Below are positions 17,577 through 28,044 of a DNA stretch of 64,000 nt, in pieces (position 1 is the first letter of the stretch; every line of letters starts with the position of its first letter). The stretch is from the NCBI GenBank assembly GCA_900758495.1, contig CAAERO010000005.1, positions 16,189 to 80,188 of the forward strand, read 5' to 3'. This stretch comes from Bacilli bacterium. GTDB lineage: Bacteria; Bacillota_I; Bacilli_A; RF39; UBA660. A program made the translations under genes and the position numbers. The notes under the pieces were generated by a model. That model was not told the DNA's origin, did not search any database, and saw only the letters and a program-made list of their open reading frames with translations.

Positions 17577-20063
17577 CTACTTTCCACAGCAATTTTTATA
17601 CTTTTTTCCCGAACCACAAGGACAAGGATCATTACGACCTACTTTTTTACTCTTCTTTGGTTTCTTTACTGAATCTGATTTATCATCATTAGTTTGAACA
17701 TTTCTTGTAACTGGTTTTCTTTCAACAGTTTTTTGTATTTCTGCTTTTAGTAAGAATATAGTAACATCATGATCAATCTTTTGTAACATTTGATCAAATA
17801 AATCAAATCCTTCAGTACTATATGCTCTTAATGGATCTTCTTGACCATAACTACGTAAATAAATTCCTTCACGTAAGTGACTCATTACATTAATTTGTTC
17901 CATCCAATAGTTATCAATGACTTGTAAAGATAATGCTTTTTCAAATTCACTAGTTATTTCTTCTGGAACATCACTAAGTTTTTCTTCATATTCCTCTTTT
18001 GCTTTATTATATAAGAAATCTATCATATCATCATCTAATAGTGAACTAATATCATTTTCAGTAATATCTTTATCTAGTAAATTTTCGTTAGCAAAAGATA
18101 CTATTTCTTTCTTATCTTGTTCACTTAAAATACCATCTATAGTATGTGACTTAACTAAGTCAGTAACATAATTTCTCATACATTCAAGAACTTGTTCATG
18201 AACAGATTCACTATCTAGAATTTCATTTCTTCTACCATACATAATTTCACGTTGAGTGTTCATTACATCATCATATTGTAGTAATTGTTTTCTAGCATCA
18301 AAGTTATTTCCTTCAACTCTTTTTTGAGCAGTTGTAATAGCTTTAGAAAAGTATTTATTTTGAATAGCTTGATCACCAAATCCAAAACTAGTCATCATTT
18401 CTTTAATTTTTTCACTACCAAAGCGAACCATTAAATCATCTTCCATAGATACAAAGAACTGTGTAAATCCAGGATCTCCTTGACGACCAGAACGTCCTCT
18501 TAACTGATTATCAATACGACGAGATTCATGACGTTCAGTACCAATAACACATAATCCACCAAGTGCTCTTATCTCATCTGATAATTTAATATCAGTACCA
18601 CGACCAGCCATATTAGTAGCAATAGTAACTGACTTATGTTGACCAATCTTAGAAATAATTTCAGCTTCTCTTGCATGATTTTTAGCATTTAATATTTCAT
18701 GGGGAATCTTTTCTTTCTTTAATAAAGTACTTATTAATTCACTAGTTTCAATAGCAATAGTACCAATTAATACTGGTTGACCTTTAGCATATCTTTCTTT
18801 TACTTCATTAATAATAGCTTTATACTTAGCATTTTTAGTAGCAAATACTAAGTCAGAAGCATCAATTCTTTCAACTGGTTTATTAGTTGGAATACAAATA
18901 ACATACATATTATAAATATCACGAAATTCTTCTTCTTCTGTTTTTGCAGTACCAGTCATACCAGATAACTTTTTATACATTCTAAATAAGTTTTGAAAAG
19001 TAATAGTTGCTAAAGTTTTAGTTTCTTGATTAATGTGAACTCCTTCTTTTGCTTCAATTGCTTGATGAAGCCCATCACTATAAGCACGTCCTTTCATCAA
19101 ACGTCCAGTAAATTGGTCTACTATGACAACTTCTCCATCTTGAACAACATAATCTACATCTAGTTTCATTGAATAATTTGCTCTTAAAGCTTGATTAATA
19201 TAATGTACTAAAGTTGCATTTTCTACTTCATAAAGATTCTTAACTCGAAAAGCTTTTTCTGCTTTTTCACTACCTTCATCAGTTAATGTTACACTTTTTG
19301 TAGTTTCATCGTATAGATAATCCACATCATCTTTTAAACTTTTTACAAAACTATCAGCATCTTGATAAAGGTTAGCACTAACTAATTGTCCACCAGAAAT
19401 AATTAATGGAGTTCTTGCTTCATCGATTAAAACTGAATCCACTTCATCAACGATGGCAAAATTTAATGGTCTTTGAACTCTATCTTCTTTTCTAATAACC
19501 ATATTATCTCTTAAATAATCAAATCCAATTTCATTATTAGTAGAATATAAAATATCACAAGCATAAGCTTCTTGCTTTTCTTTAGGACTTAATTCTCTTG
19601 TATTAACTCCTACTGTTAAACCTAAAAATCTATGAATTCCACCCATCCATTCTGCATCACGAGTAGCTAAGTATTCATTAACTGTAATAATATGAACACC
19701 TTTTCCATCTAAGGCATTTAGATAAGCTGGTAATACTGATGTTAAAGTTTTACCTTCACCTGTTTTCATTTCCGCTATATTACCATAATGAATAGCTAAA
19801 GCACCTACTATTTGAACATAGAAAGGTTTTTCTCCAATAACGCGGTAAGCTGCTTCCCTTGCTGTAGCAAAAGCCTCTACTAATATATCTTCTAATGTTT
19901 CACCATTAGTTAAACGTTTCTTAAATTCTGCTGTTTTATTTTTTAATTCTTCATCTGATAGCTTTTGGTATTCTTCATCAAGAGCTACTATCTTATCAGC
20001 TAAAGATTCAAATCTTTTTAATTCTTTATATTCATGATCAAATAATCTTGTAAATATTCCCAT
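17577..20063 (-). CDS. secA: preprotein translocase ATPase SecA
   Basis: Walker A MKTGEGKTL and DEAD-like box IVDEVDSVLIDEARTPLIISG. The C-terminal SEC-C zinc motif is CPCGSGKKYKNCCGK. GAGGAG lies 9 nt before the ATG at 20063. Confidence 0.95.
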   Translation of the reverse strand: MGIFTRLFDHEYKELKRFESLADKIVALDEEYQKLSDEELKNKTAEFKKRLTNGETLEDILVEAFATAREAAYRVIGEKPFYVQIVGALAIHYGNIAEMKTGEGKTLTSVLPAYLNALDGKGVHIITVNEYLATRDAEWMGGIHRFLGLTVGVNTRELSPKEKQEAYACDILYSTNNEIGFDYLRDNMVIRKEDRVQRPLNFAIVDEVDSVLIDEARTPLIISGGQLVSANLYQDADSFVKSLKDDVDYLYDETTKSVTLTDEGSEKAEKAFRVKNLYEVENATLVHYINQALRANYSMKLDVDYVVQDGEVVIVDQFTGRLMKGRAYSDGLHQAIEAKEGVHINQETKTLATITFQNLFRMYKKLSGMTGTAKTEEEEFRDIYNMYVICIPTNKPVERIDASDLVFATKNAKYKAIINEVKERYAKGQPVLIGTIAIETSELISTLLKKEKIPHEILNAKNHAREAEIISKIGQHKSVTIATNMAGRGTDIKLSDEIRALGGLCVIGTERHESRRIDNQLRGRSGRQGDPGFTQFFVSMEDDLMVRFGSEKIKEMMTSFGFGDQAIQNKYFSKAITTAQKRVEGNNFDARKQLLQYDDVMNTQREIMYGRRNEILDSESVHEQVLECMRNYVTDLVKSHTIDGILSEQDKKEIVSFANENLLDKDITENDISSLLDDDMIDFLYNKAKEEYEEKLSDVPEEITSEFEKALSLQVIDNYWMEQINVMSHLREGIYLRSYGQEDPLRAYSTEGFDLFDQMLQKIDHDVTIFLLKAEIQKTVERKPVTRNVQTNDDKSDSVKKPKKSKKVGRNDPCPCGSGKKYKNCCGK

Positions 20064-20140
20064 TGTAAACATCTCCTCAAGGATTATTGTAACAAAAAAA
20101 GGGGACAATAGAAAGTATTTTCTCCCATTTTACACTATTT

Positions 20141-22435
20141 CTAAATCCTTACACAATTTTCTCCATGATACCAAGCATCTACTATAACTGGTGTTACAAT
20201 ATCATCTATAACTTTATCTATTTGTCTTGCTCCAAACTTATTATAATTAGACTTTAAAATGATTTTTTCCACAATATCTGTGGATATTTCCACTTTTATA
20301 TTTTTCTTTTGAAAAGCTTCTATTAATGTTGCTAGTTTCATATTAATAATTTTTTCAATATCACCCTTTGTTAATTCTTTAAAATGATACTTCTTATCAA
20401 TTCTATTAACAAATTCTACTCCTAAAAATTCTTCAATATCTCTATTGCTTATTTCGTCATTTGAAACAAAACCTATATCCGTTTTAGTGCCTCCTAAGTT
20501 GGTTGTCATAAAGAGAAAAATGTGTTCAAAAGACACTTTTCTGCCTTTAGAGTCTTTTAAATAACCTTCGTCCATAACTTGGAAAAATAATTTTAAGACT
20601 GATGGAGAAGCTTTTTCTATTTCATCTAATAGTATAACTGAGTGTGGATAAAGCCTTATCTGATCTAGTATCGTTTGATGATTATCAAATCCAACATAGC
20701 CTGGAGGAGCTCCTAGTATTTTGCTAACTGAATGTTCTTCTTTATATTCACTCATATCAAGCCTTAGAAAATGTTCTTTACCATATAAAAGGGAAGCATA
20801 TTCTTTTACTAAATAAGTTTTTCCTATTCCTGTTGTTCCAGATAAAAGAAAAGTATGTATCTTTGGAGTATCCTGAAATCCTAACTGCACTTTCTTAGTT
20901 AGATTACATAAATCGTGAATAATTTCATCTTGTCCCACTATTTTTGCTAGTAATTCTTTTTCTATAGAAAATAATTTTGTTTTATTACCTTCCATTACTT
21001 CATAAACTGGAATTTTGGTTTTTAAGTAAATTACCTCTGCAATCATTTCTTTTGTTATTTTTTTAGGTTTTCTTTTACCTATTAGGGAAATTTCTAATTC
21101 GTTCTTTTTAGTAATTAAGTTTTTCTCACTTTGTTTTAATTTAGAAGCTTTTTTAAAGTTCTGTTCCAATACTGCTTTTTTCTTTTCAGTTACTATCTTT
21201 TTTAATGAATTATTAAGCTTTTTTAGTTCTTTATCTTTCTTATCTTCTATAAGACTTGCTCTTGCACAAACTTCATCTAATATATCTATCGCTTTATCAG
21301 GTTGATAATAATCATAAATATATGTATTTGATAATTCAACTATCATATCAATCATTTCATCAGAAATAGATACTGAATGATAAGCCTCATAAAGAGGTTT
21401 TAATTTTCTAAGAATTTCTTTTGTTTTATCTTTGTTAGGTTCTTCTACTAATATTATTTGAAATCTCCTATTTAATGCTTTATCTTTTTCAATAAATTCT
21501 CGATATTCTGTCACTGTAGTAGCACCAATTAAATGGATTTTCCCTCTCGCTAAAGCTGGCTTTAAGATATTTGAAGCATCAATAGCTCCTTCTGCCCCAC
21601 CTGCTCCAACTAAAGTATGAATTTCATCTATAAATATTAGGTATTCATCATGTTCTTCAATTTCTTTTAAAATTTTTCCTACTCTTTCTTCAAATTCTCC
21701 GCGATATTTCGTACCAGCTACTAAAGAAGCCATTGATAGTGAAAGGATTACTTTTCCTTTTAAAGATCGAGGTACATTATCACTAACTATTTGTCTTGCC
21801 AATTCTTCTACAATAGCAGTCTTTCCTACACCAGCTTCACCTAATAATAACGGATTATTTTTAGTTCTTCTACAAAGAATTTCTATCATTCTTTTGATTT
21901 CATCTTCTCTACCTATTACAGGATCTATTTCATTAGATACAATTCTTTTGTTTAAGTTAATAGAAAACTCTTCTATTAATAATTTCTTATGATTACTCAC
22001 TTTCTTTTCTGAAAATGAAGTGGAAAATTCTTGATATAAAGAATCTATATCTATATTCATTCCCATCAATAATCTAATAGCAATTCCTTCTCCTTCTTCT
22101 AGAAGTGATAAAAATAATTCTGTTACTGATACTTCACTTTCCTTATTTTCTTTACTATTGAGTATTGCTGTTTCTAAGACTCTTTTTAGTAATGGCGTAT
22201 ATAAAAACCAATCATTAGTTGTTTTTCCTATTCCTACTACTCTTATTAATTCATCTTTAAATCTATCGTAAGTTAATCCTAATTGTTTTAAATGATTAGT
22301 TACTTTTAACTCTTTCATTGAGAGTATGGCTAAGAGCAAGTGTTCACTTCCAACATAGGGATGACGTAAAAGACGCATTTCTTTTCTGGCTAAAACTAAG
22401 GCTTTCTGGGCATCTTCACTAAATTTTGAAAACAT
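20141..22435 (-). CDS. clpC: Clp/Hsp100 AAA+ chaperone, ClpC-like (two AAA modules)
   Basis: Clp-N repeat at the N-terminus. Walker A motifs GEAGVGKTA and GTTGIGKTY, Walker B FIDEIH and LLDEIEKA. Confidence 0.8.
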   Translation of the reverse strand: MFSKFSEDAQKALVLARKEMRLLRHPYVGSEHLLLAILSMKELKVTNHLKQLGLTYDRFKDELIRVVGIGKTTNDWFLYTPLLKRVLETAILNSKENKESEVSVTELFLSLLEEGEGIAIRLLMGMNIDIDSLYQEFSTSFSEKKVSNHKKLLIEEFSINLNKRIVSNEIDPVIGREDEIKRMIEILCRRTKNNPLLLGEAGVGKTAIVEELARQIVSDNVPRSLKGKVILSLSMASLVAGTKYRGEFEERVGKILKEIEEHDEYLIFIDEIHTLVGAGGAEGAIDASNILKPALARGKIHLIGATTVTEYREFIEKDKALNRRFQIILVEEPNKDKTKEILRKLKPLYEAYHSVSISDEMIDMIVELSNTYIYDYYQPDKAIDILDEVCARASLIEDKKDKELKKLNNSLKKIVTEKKKAVLEQNFKKASKLKQSEKNLITKKNELEISLIGKRKPKKITKEMIAEVIYLKTKIPVYEVMEGNKTKLFSIEKELLAKIVGQDEIIHDLCNLTKKVQLGFQDTPKIHTFLLSGTTGIGKTYLVKEYASLLYGKEHFLRLDMSEYKEEHSVSKILGAPPGYVGFDNHQTILDQIRLYPHSVILLDEIEKASPSVLKLFFQVMDEGYLKDSKGRKVSFEHIFLFMTTNLGGTKTDIGFVSNDEISNRDIEEFLGVEFVNRIDKKYHFKELTKGDIEKIINMKLATLIEAFQKKNIKVEISTDIVEKIILKSNYNKFGARQIDKVIDDIVTPVIVDAWYHGENCVRI

Positions 22436-22512
22436 AACATTTCCTCCTTGTATAATTCTATTTTAGCGAGAAAAAATGGTTCTTTTCAACATTTTTAGTA
22501 CCCTAAAAAGTG

Positions 22513-22540
22513 ACAAAAAAAATTAGTCTTTAACTAATTT
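22513..22540 (-). terminator. rho-independent terminator overlapping the stop of the 22534 gene
   Basis: The minus strand reads AAATTAGTTAAAGACTAATTTTTTTT (7-bp stem, T-run). Confidence 0.5.
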
Positions 22541-23091
22541 AATTGTTCTATTGCTGATATTCTAACTTTTCCATAATATGATTTCCCAATAGCATCATTT
22601 TCGGCTGTTAAATTTAACCATGTACGTAATTCAAAATTCTGAGTAGTATTACCTGCTATCGAATATGTTCCAAGTTTATTACTACTACTAGCTAAACTAC
22701 CACTTGCTACTGATGTTCCATCCTTCTTCAAGTCATAAGATAAATAATTATAAGCTACTAAAGAACATCCATTACATGATGCTGTATCATCATCTAAGTA
22801 AACATCATAGTTAATTGTTCTTGTTCCTGTATTCTTTAGTGAAAAATTATATGGGGTAGATGCTAGACCATCACTATCTTCTTGAGGAATTGCATTTGTT
22901 ACACTAATACTTGATGTTCCTTCTACATAATTTAGTTGTAAATCTTTTGCTACTAATGTAACATTTTGCGTTCCATTTAACGTCATTTGTGAAAGTGCAA
23001 AACTAATACCTGCTATTAAAAAAATCAATATAAATAGACCAACAATTAGTAGTATGTTTTTACTATTATTAACTTTTATACTATCTTTCAT
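22534..23091 (-). CDS. secreted or anchored protein, divergent member of the SipW-client-like family found at 39386-43487
   Basis: It has an N-terminal TM/signal ending AGISFALSQ (compare VGISFAAFSYS). It shares blocks with that family: L.Y.EGT..I.VTNAIP..D..G, Y.F.L.N, INY, and a C-terminal FELRTWL...YYGKVRISA. Confidence 0.5.
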   Translation of the reverse strand: MKDSIKVNNSKNILLIVGLFILIFLIAGISFALSQMTLNGTQNVTLVAKDLQLNYVEGTSSISVTNAIPQEDSDGLASTPYNFSLKNTGTRTINYDVYLDDDTASCNGCSLVAYNYLSYDLKKDGTSVASGSLASSSNKLGTYSIAGNTTQNFELRTWLNLTAENDAIGKSYYGKVRISAIEQLN

Positions 23092-23207
23092 TATCCCTAC
23101 CTCACTTTATTATATATATTAAGTTTATAACCTATTTAAAAAAATGTATATATTTTATGCTTATATAGCATATTTTAATTTACAAAAAAAAAGAGATTTT
23201 CTCTTTT

Positions 23208-24794
23208 TTAGATTAGAACTAAGATTGTAAAGACAATGAATGAAACTGCTAATAGTTCTAATAGTATCTTCCAAATATATTTTAACCAATCTTTATATGA
23301 TACTTTTAAGTATGCTAATGTTAGCATTAATGTTATACTTGTAGGTGCTACTAATGTAACAATACCATATAATGTTTGAAATATAACTGATACTACAGGA
23401 TATGAATCTGTTGCTGTTACTACACTTACAAAGTAAGGTAAAACACTATAGAATGCATATACTGGATCTCCATTTATGATACTAGAAACAATTGCTACAA
23501 GACCAGTTGTGAATACATTGAATCCTTTGGTTAATCCTAATATAGATTTGTAAATAACTAAATAATAAGGATTATATGTAGTAAGAACTAAAATCAAGTA
23601 AATTACAAATGCAATAAATGCTGGTAATAAGGCTTTTCTTAATCCATTACTGAATCCTACAATCATATCATCCCAAGTAATTTTATAAACATATTTAATA
23701 ACTACAAGGGCAAGTAATAGTAGAACAATAATTTCAACTAAAGTCCAACTACCAAATGCTGGAACAGAACTTCCTAGTATTTTTCCAAAAATAGGAAAAC
23801 CAGTATTTAAAGTTTTAGTAATTCCTGTAAAGAATTTAGCTTTTACTCCAAAACTACCAATTAATACTACAACTGTGAACAAAGCAACAAGTCCATCAAT
23901 GATAATATATGTTTTCTTACTTGATTTTTTAGCAAATAGAATAATGTTAATTATTACTAATAATGCTAATAAAGCAACATAAGCTGGAATTGTAAATCCT
24001 GTAACAGCTGTTTTAATGTCTTCAAACAAGTTAATATTAAAGGCTTTAGTCCAAGAAATAAATCCTAATATAGTAACTACTAAAATAGTATCAATTATAG
24101 CTACTAATGGCCAATTTTTATTCTTCTTTTTATCTTGTTTTACAACTTCAGGAATATAGTTATCTTCATCTTTTGTTGATGTTGTACTTTCTCTCTTACC
24201 AAACTTCAAAATATTAGCTAATAAAATTACTAATCCTAAAACAAGTAAAATTATTCTAGTCCAGATTTGAGTTGTGGTTTTTACTGATAAATATTGTTGT
24301 AGCATTTGCGTTGTGCCATAAGCAAATGTTGTTCCCATTAAACCGATAGCAACGCTTCCTGCTGTTACAGCAGTTGCAGCTAATTTGTTATATCCAAGCA
24401 TCAATACTAAGGAAATAACAAATGGGAATAGCATTAGAAGTGCAAGTTGCATTCCACAGAATGATGTTAAAATAGCAAATAAAGAAGCAATTATAATAAT
24501 ACAAATATGTTCTTTACCTTTAAATTTTTTTACTATAGCATCTAATATTCTTCTATATGCGCCAACTTTTACTAATACTCCATAGAATCCACCAACTACT
24601 AAGATGAATAATGATACATATCCAAAATAACCTAATACTGTATTTTGATAAGATAATAAATCAAATAATCCAATTTGTGATTTACCAATCTCTTGATAAC
24701 TAGATTGATAAGTAGCAGCTGGTAAAATCCAGGTCAAAAGCACAAACACAGATAGTGTAATTAAACTAACTTTCAATGCATTATGTTTTTTCAT
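23208..24794 (-). CDS. polytopic membrane transporter, YfcC/DcuC-like (family assignment tentative)
   Basis: About 12 TM segments and an N-terminus resembling YfcC-family proteins. RBS before the ATG at 24794. Confidence 0.5.
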   Translation of the reverse strand: MKKHNALKVSLITLSVFVLLTWILPAATYQSSYQEIGKSQIGLFDLLSYQNTVLGYFGYVSLFILVVGGFYGVLVKVGAYRRILDAIVKKFKGKEHICIIIIASLFAILTSFCGMQLALLMLFPFVISLVLMLGYNKLAATAVTAGSVAIGLMGTTFAYGTTQMLQQYLSVKTTTQIWTRIILLVLGLVILLANILKFGKRESTTSTKDEDNYIPEVVKQDKKKNKNWPLVAIIDTILVVTILGFISWTKAFNINLFEDIKTAVTGFTIPAYVALLALLVIINIILFAKKSSKKTYIIIDGLVALFTVVVLIGSFGVKAKFFTGITKTLNTGFPIFGKILGSSVPAFGSWTLVEIIVLLLLALVVIKYVYKITWDDMIVGFSNGLRKALLPAFIAFVIYLILVLTTYNPYYLVIYKSILGLTKGFNVFTTGLVAIVSSIINGDPVYAFYSVLPYFVSVVTATDSYPVVSVIFQTLYGIVTLVAPTSITLMLTLAYLKVSYKDWLKYIWKILLELLAVSFIVFTILVLI

Positions 24795-24851
24795 ATTTTC
24801 TTCTCCTTCCATATATTAATTATACGAATAATAGTTTTGTTTTACAAGCAA

Positions 24852-25445
24852 TTAGCGATTTTTTTTGTGAATTTTTTGTGAAAATTTTTCTTCACATTTT
24901 AAGAAAAATTCTTTAAATATTTGTCGTGAAGCTTCATCTTCTTCATACAAACTTTCAGGATGCCACTGTAATCCTAAGAAAAAAGAATTATTTTTAATCT
25001 CTACTGCTTCAATACAATTATCTAAACTTTTAGCACTAACATACAACGATGATAGCTTAGAAATATAATCATTATGTCTTGAATTAACAAAAATTTCTTC
25101 CTTTTTTACTATATTATACAAAAAACTATCTTTTTTAATTGATACTAAGTGTACAGTACCATTATGGTTACTAATTTTTTTTGTTATATCTTTATCTTCA
25201 TTTAATAGAAAAGCAGACATTTCTTGCATTCCAAGACATATTCCTAATATAGGAACATTATTTTCTTTAGCATATTTAATTAATTTTATATCTTCTTTAT
25301 ACCACCCATCTCCTCCTGGTAAGTAAAAACCATCATACTTATAATAGTTTCCTTCTTTGGGACTAAATATCTCATAATTTATATTCTCTTTTTCAAATGG
25401 AATAAGTTTAAATTCATCTTCCCGATAAGCTATTCCTATTAACAT
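24852..25445 (-). CDS. class I glutamine amidotransferase / gamma-glutamyl hydrolase-like (peptidase C26)
   Basis: Nucleophile elbow GICLGMQ and the QWHPE histidine motif. Confidence 0.75.
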   Translation of the reverse strand: MLIGIAYREDEFKLIPFEKENINYEIFSPKEGNYYKYDGFYLPGGDGWYKEDIKLIKYAKENNVPILGICLGMQEMSAFLLNEDKDITKKISNHNGTVHLVSIKKDSFLYNIVKKEEIFVNSRHNDYISKLSSLYVSAKSLDNCIEAVEIKNNSFFLGLQWHPESLYEEDEASRQIFKEFFLKCEEKFSQKIHKKNR

Positions 25446-25498
25446 TTTTTATATACACCTCAATATATAGTATAAAAAAAGAAGGAAATTAATTCCTC

Positions 25499-27409
25499 CT
25501 AATATAACTTAGCTCCTGCTGGTATATGTTCATCTATCATTAATAAATGTAACTTTTCTTCTTTTTCTTCAGTATGAACAGCACTTAAAAGCATTCCACA
25601 AGAATTTATTCCCATCATTTTACGTGGTGGTAAGTTAGTGATGGCTATTAAAGTTTTACCAATTAATTCTTTTGGTTCATAATAAGCATGAATTCCACTA
25701 AGAATAGTTCTATCAGTACCAGTTCCATCATCTAAAGTAAATTGTAATAGTTTTTTACTTTTTGGTACAGCAACACAGTCTTTTACTTTTACAGCACGAA
25801 AATCACTTTTACTAAAGGTATCAAAATCAACATAATCAGTAAATAATGGTTCTATTTCTACTTTTGAAAAATCTATTATTTCTTTTTTATTTTCAACTAC
25901 TACTTCTTTTTTTAATGTCTCTGTACCATTTAATGGCTTCATAGTTGGGAATAGTATTACATCTCTAATTGAATCAGACTCTGTAAATAGCATTACCAAT
26001 CTGTCTATTCCATACCCAACTCCTCCTGCAGGAGGCATTCCATACTCTAAAGCCTCTACAAAATCCATATCGATATCGTTAGCTTCATCATTACCTAGAT
26101 TTTTTTCTTTTAATTGTTCTTCAAATCTTTCTAATTGATCAATTGGATCATTTAACTCAGTATAAGCATTAGCAAACTCTCTTCCAGCTATAAACAATTC
26201 AAATCTATCAACAAATCTTGGATCTTCAACATTTTTCTTAGTAAGTGGTGATATTTCTACTGGATGTCCGTATAAGAAAGTGGGTTGAATTAGAGTTTCC
26301 TCTACATATTTTTCAAAGAATAGATTAATAATATGTCCTACTGTCTTTTCGTGTTCTTCTACTACTATTTGATGTTCCCTAGCTAATTCTAAGGCTTCAT
26401 CAATAGACATTTCTTTCTTGAAGTCTATTCCTGTCTTTTCTTTTATAGCATCTACCATACTTATTCTTTTCCAAGGTCCTGCTAAATTAATTTCATAACC
26501 ATACCAGTTATAAACCATTTTACCTATTACTTCTTTAGCAATAGTTTGATACATATTTTCTGTTAAGTTCATCATACCTTCTAAGTCACTATATGCTAAA
26601 TATGCTTCCATTAAGGTAAACTCTGGATTGTGTTTTAAATCCATTCCTTCGTTTCTAAATACTCTTCCTATTTCATAAACAGCTTCCATTCCACCAACTA
26701 GTAATCTTTTTAATGGTAACTCTAAAGCTATTCTTAAATACATATCTAAGTCTTGAGCATTATGATGAGTAACAAATGGTTTTGCACTTGCTCCTGTAAG
26801 TAATGTTGATAAAACTGGTGTTTCCACTTCTGTAAACCCTTGTTTATCCATATAGTTTTGAATACATCTAATAATTTTAGGACGTAAAAAAGCTACCCTT
26901 CTTGAATCATCATTCATTATTAAATCAACATAACGTCTTCTATATCTCTCTTCTTTATCTGTAAGTCCATGAAATTTTTCAGGAAGAGGTTTTAAAGCTT
27001 TTACAAGTGGGGTATACTCTAAACACTTTATAGTTACCTCACCTGTCTTTGTTTTCATTATCTTTCCACGTACTCCTACTATATCACCAATATCTGCTGT
27101 TTTAAATAAGTTGTACTTATCTTCACCTATATCGTTGATTGATATATAAATTTGAATAAGACCTGTCTTGTCTTTAATCGTACAAAAGGAAGCTTTTCCC
27201 ATCTTTCGAATAAACATTATTCTTCCTGCAACTATGGCTTCATCTGTCATATTTTCAAATACATCATGTTCTACATCTTTATACTTATCTTTTATTTCTT
27301 GTGCATAGGCATTTCTTTTAAAACTATGGCCAAATGGATCTAAACCTAATTCTTTTAATTTTTCTGCTTTTTCACGTCTTACAACTTCTTGTTCTGTTAA
27401 TTCTCGCAT
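25499..27409 (-). CDS. lysS: lysine--tRNA ligase (class II) fused to a C-terminal Trbp111/EMAP-type tRNA-binding domain
   Basis: The LysRS core runs to about ..DVILFPTMKP (about aa 492). A further ~144 aa contain FRAVKVKDCVAVPKSKKLLQFTLDDGTGTDRTILSGIHAYYEPKELIGKTLIAITNLPPRKMMGINSCGMLLSA. This resembles the C-terminal domain of long-form MetRS. Confidence 0.9.
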   Translation of the reverse strand: MRELTEQEVVRREKAEKLKELGLDPFGHSFKRNAYAQEIKDKYKDVEHDVFENMTDEAIVAGRIMFIRKMGKASFCTIKDKTGLIQIYISINDIGEDKYNLFKTADIGDIVGVRGKIMKTKTGEVTIKCLEYTPLVKALKPLPEKFHGLTDKEERYRRRYVDLIMNDDSRRVAFLRPKIIRCIQNYMDKQGFTEVETPVLSTLLTGASAKPFVTHHNAQDLDMYLRIALELPLKRLLVGGMEAVYEIGRVFRNEGMDLKHNPEFTLMEAYLAYSDLEGMMNLTENMYQTIAKEVIGKMVYNWYGYEINLAGPWKRISMVDAIKEKTGIDFKKEMSIDEALELAREHQIVVEEHEKTVGHIINLFFEKYVEETLIQPTFLYGHPVEISPLTKKNVEDPRFVDRFELFIAGREFANAYTELNDPIDQLERFEEQLKEKNLGNDEANDIDMDFVEALEYGMPPAGGVGYGIDRLVMLFTESDSIRDVILFPTMKPLNGTETLKKEVVVENKKEIIDFSKVEIEPLFTDYVDFDTFSKSDFRAVKVKDCVAVPKSKKLLQFTLDDGTGTDRTILSGIHAYYEPKELIGKTLIAITNLPPRKMMGINSCGMLLSAVHTEEKEEKLHLLMIDEHIPAGAKLY

Positions 27410-28044
27410 AATTTTTCCTCCTCTTTATTTTCTGCTATATTAGTACAAACTACTACTGTTCCTACTAACTTATCATGAAGACCTTGTTTTTCTTTTGTAA
27501 ATGCAATAAGAAAAAAACTAATTAATAATATACTATATTGTACAAGATTTAGCAAACTATTAGTTGCTAAATAGGTGTCTTTATCAAGAAATAGAATTGT
27601 ACAGAATCCTATAATACTCACTAAAGTTCCCTGTAATATCATAGTTCTAAATAATAAATCATTCATTGTTAATTGGTCATTATTTTTCTTTTTAATTTTA
27701 ATTTTCATCATCTTCTTACCAATGGTTTGGCCATCATTTTTATATACATATAAGACATAGTATAAAAGTGAAATTGCTATTCCTATTAGTGTTGCTATTC
27801 CAGTTTGTTTAGCAATGTCATAACTAATATCCACAAGTTGATTTACATACTCTTCCATAGTTATTTTCTGGCTGGTATAATTTTCAATAATTTTTGTCTG
27901 TTGATCATATAATTTATCAATAGTACCATTTGTTGGAATAAATGTTGTTACTAAACTCGTTAAGGCTGATACTAAAAACAAATCTATCATAAATGCCACA
28001 AATCGTTGTGAAAATAAGGCTTTCACTTCTTTTTTCTCTTTCAT
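27397..28044 (-). CDS. RDD-family membrane protein
   Basis: RFVAFMIDLFLVS N-terminal RDD-type segment and C-terminal GLHDKLVGTVVV. Confidence 0.7.
   Translation of the reverse strand: MKEKKEVKALFSQRFVAFMIDLFLVSALTSLVTTFIPTNGTIDKLYDQQTKIIENYTSQKITMEEYVNQLVDISYDIAKQTGIATLIGIAISLLYYVLYVYKNDGQTIGKKMMKIKIKKKNNDQLTMNDLLFRTMILQGTLVSIIGFCTILFLDKDTYLATNSLLNLVQYSILLISFFLIAFTKEKQGLHDKLVGTVVVCTNIAENKEEEKLCEN

Noticed and set aside
20064-20108. N-terminal extensions given by the ORF track for secA and for several other genes (ftsE, GNATs, spoVT, tadA, divIC, the YfcC-like gene, and the 4607 and 40694 genes).
   Set aside because: In each case an internal ATG is preceded at 5-9 nt by a clear GGAGG-like RBS and gives the canonical N-terminus. 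The upstream Met or GTG has no RBS.
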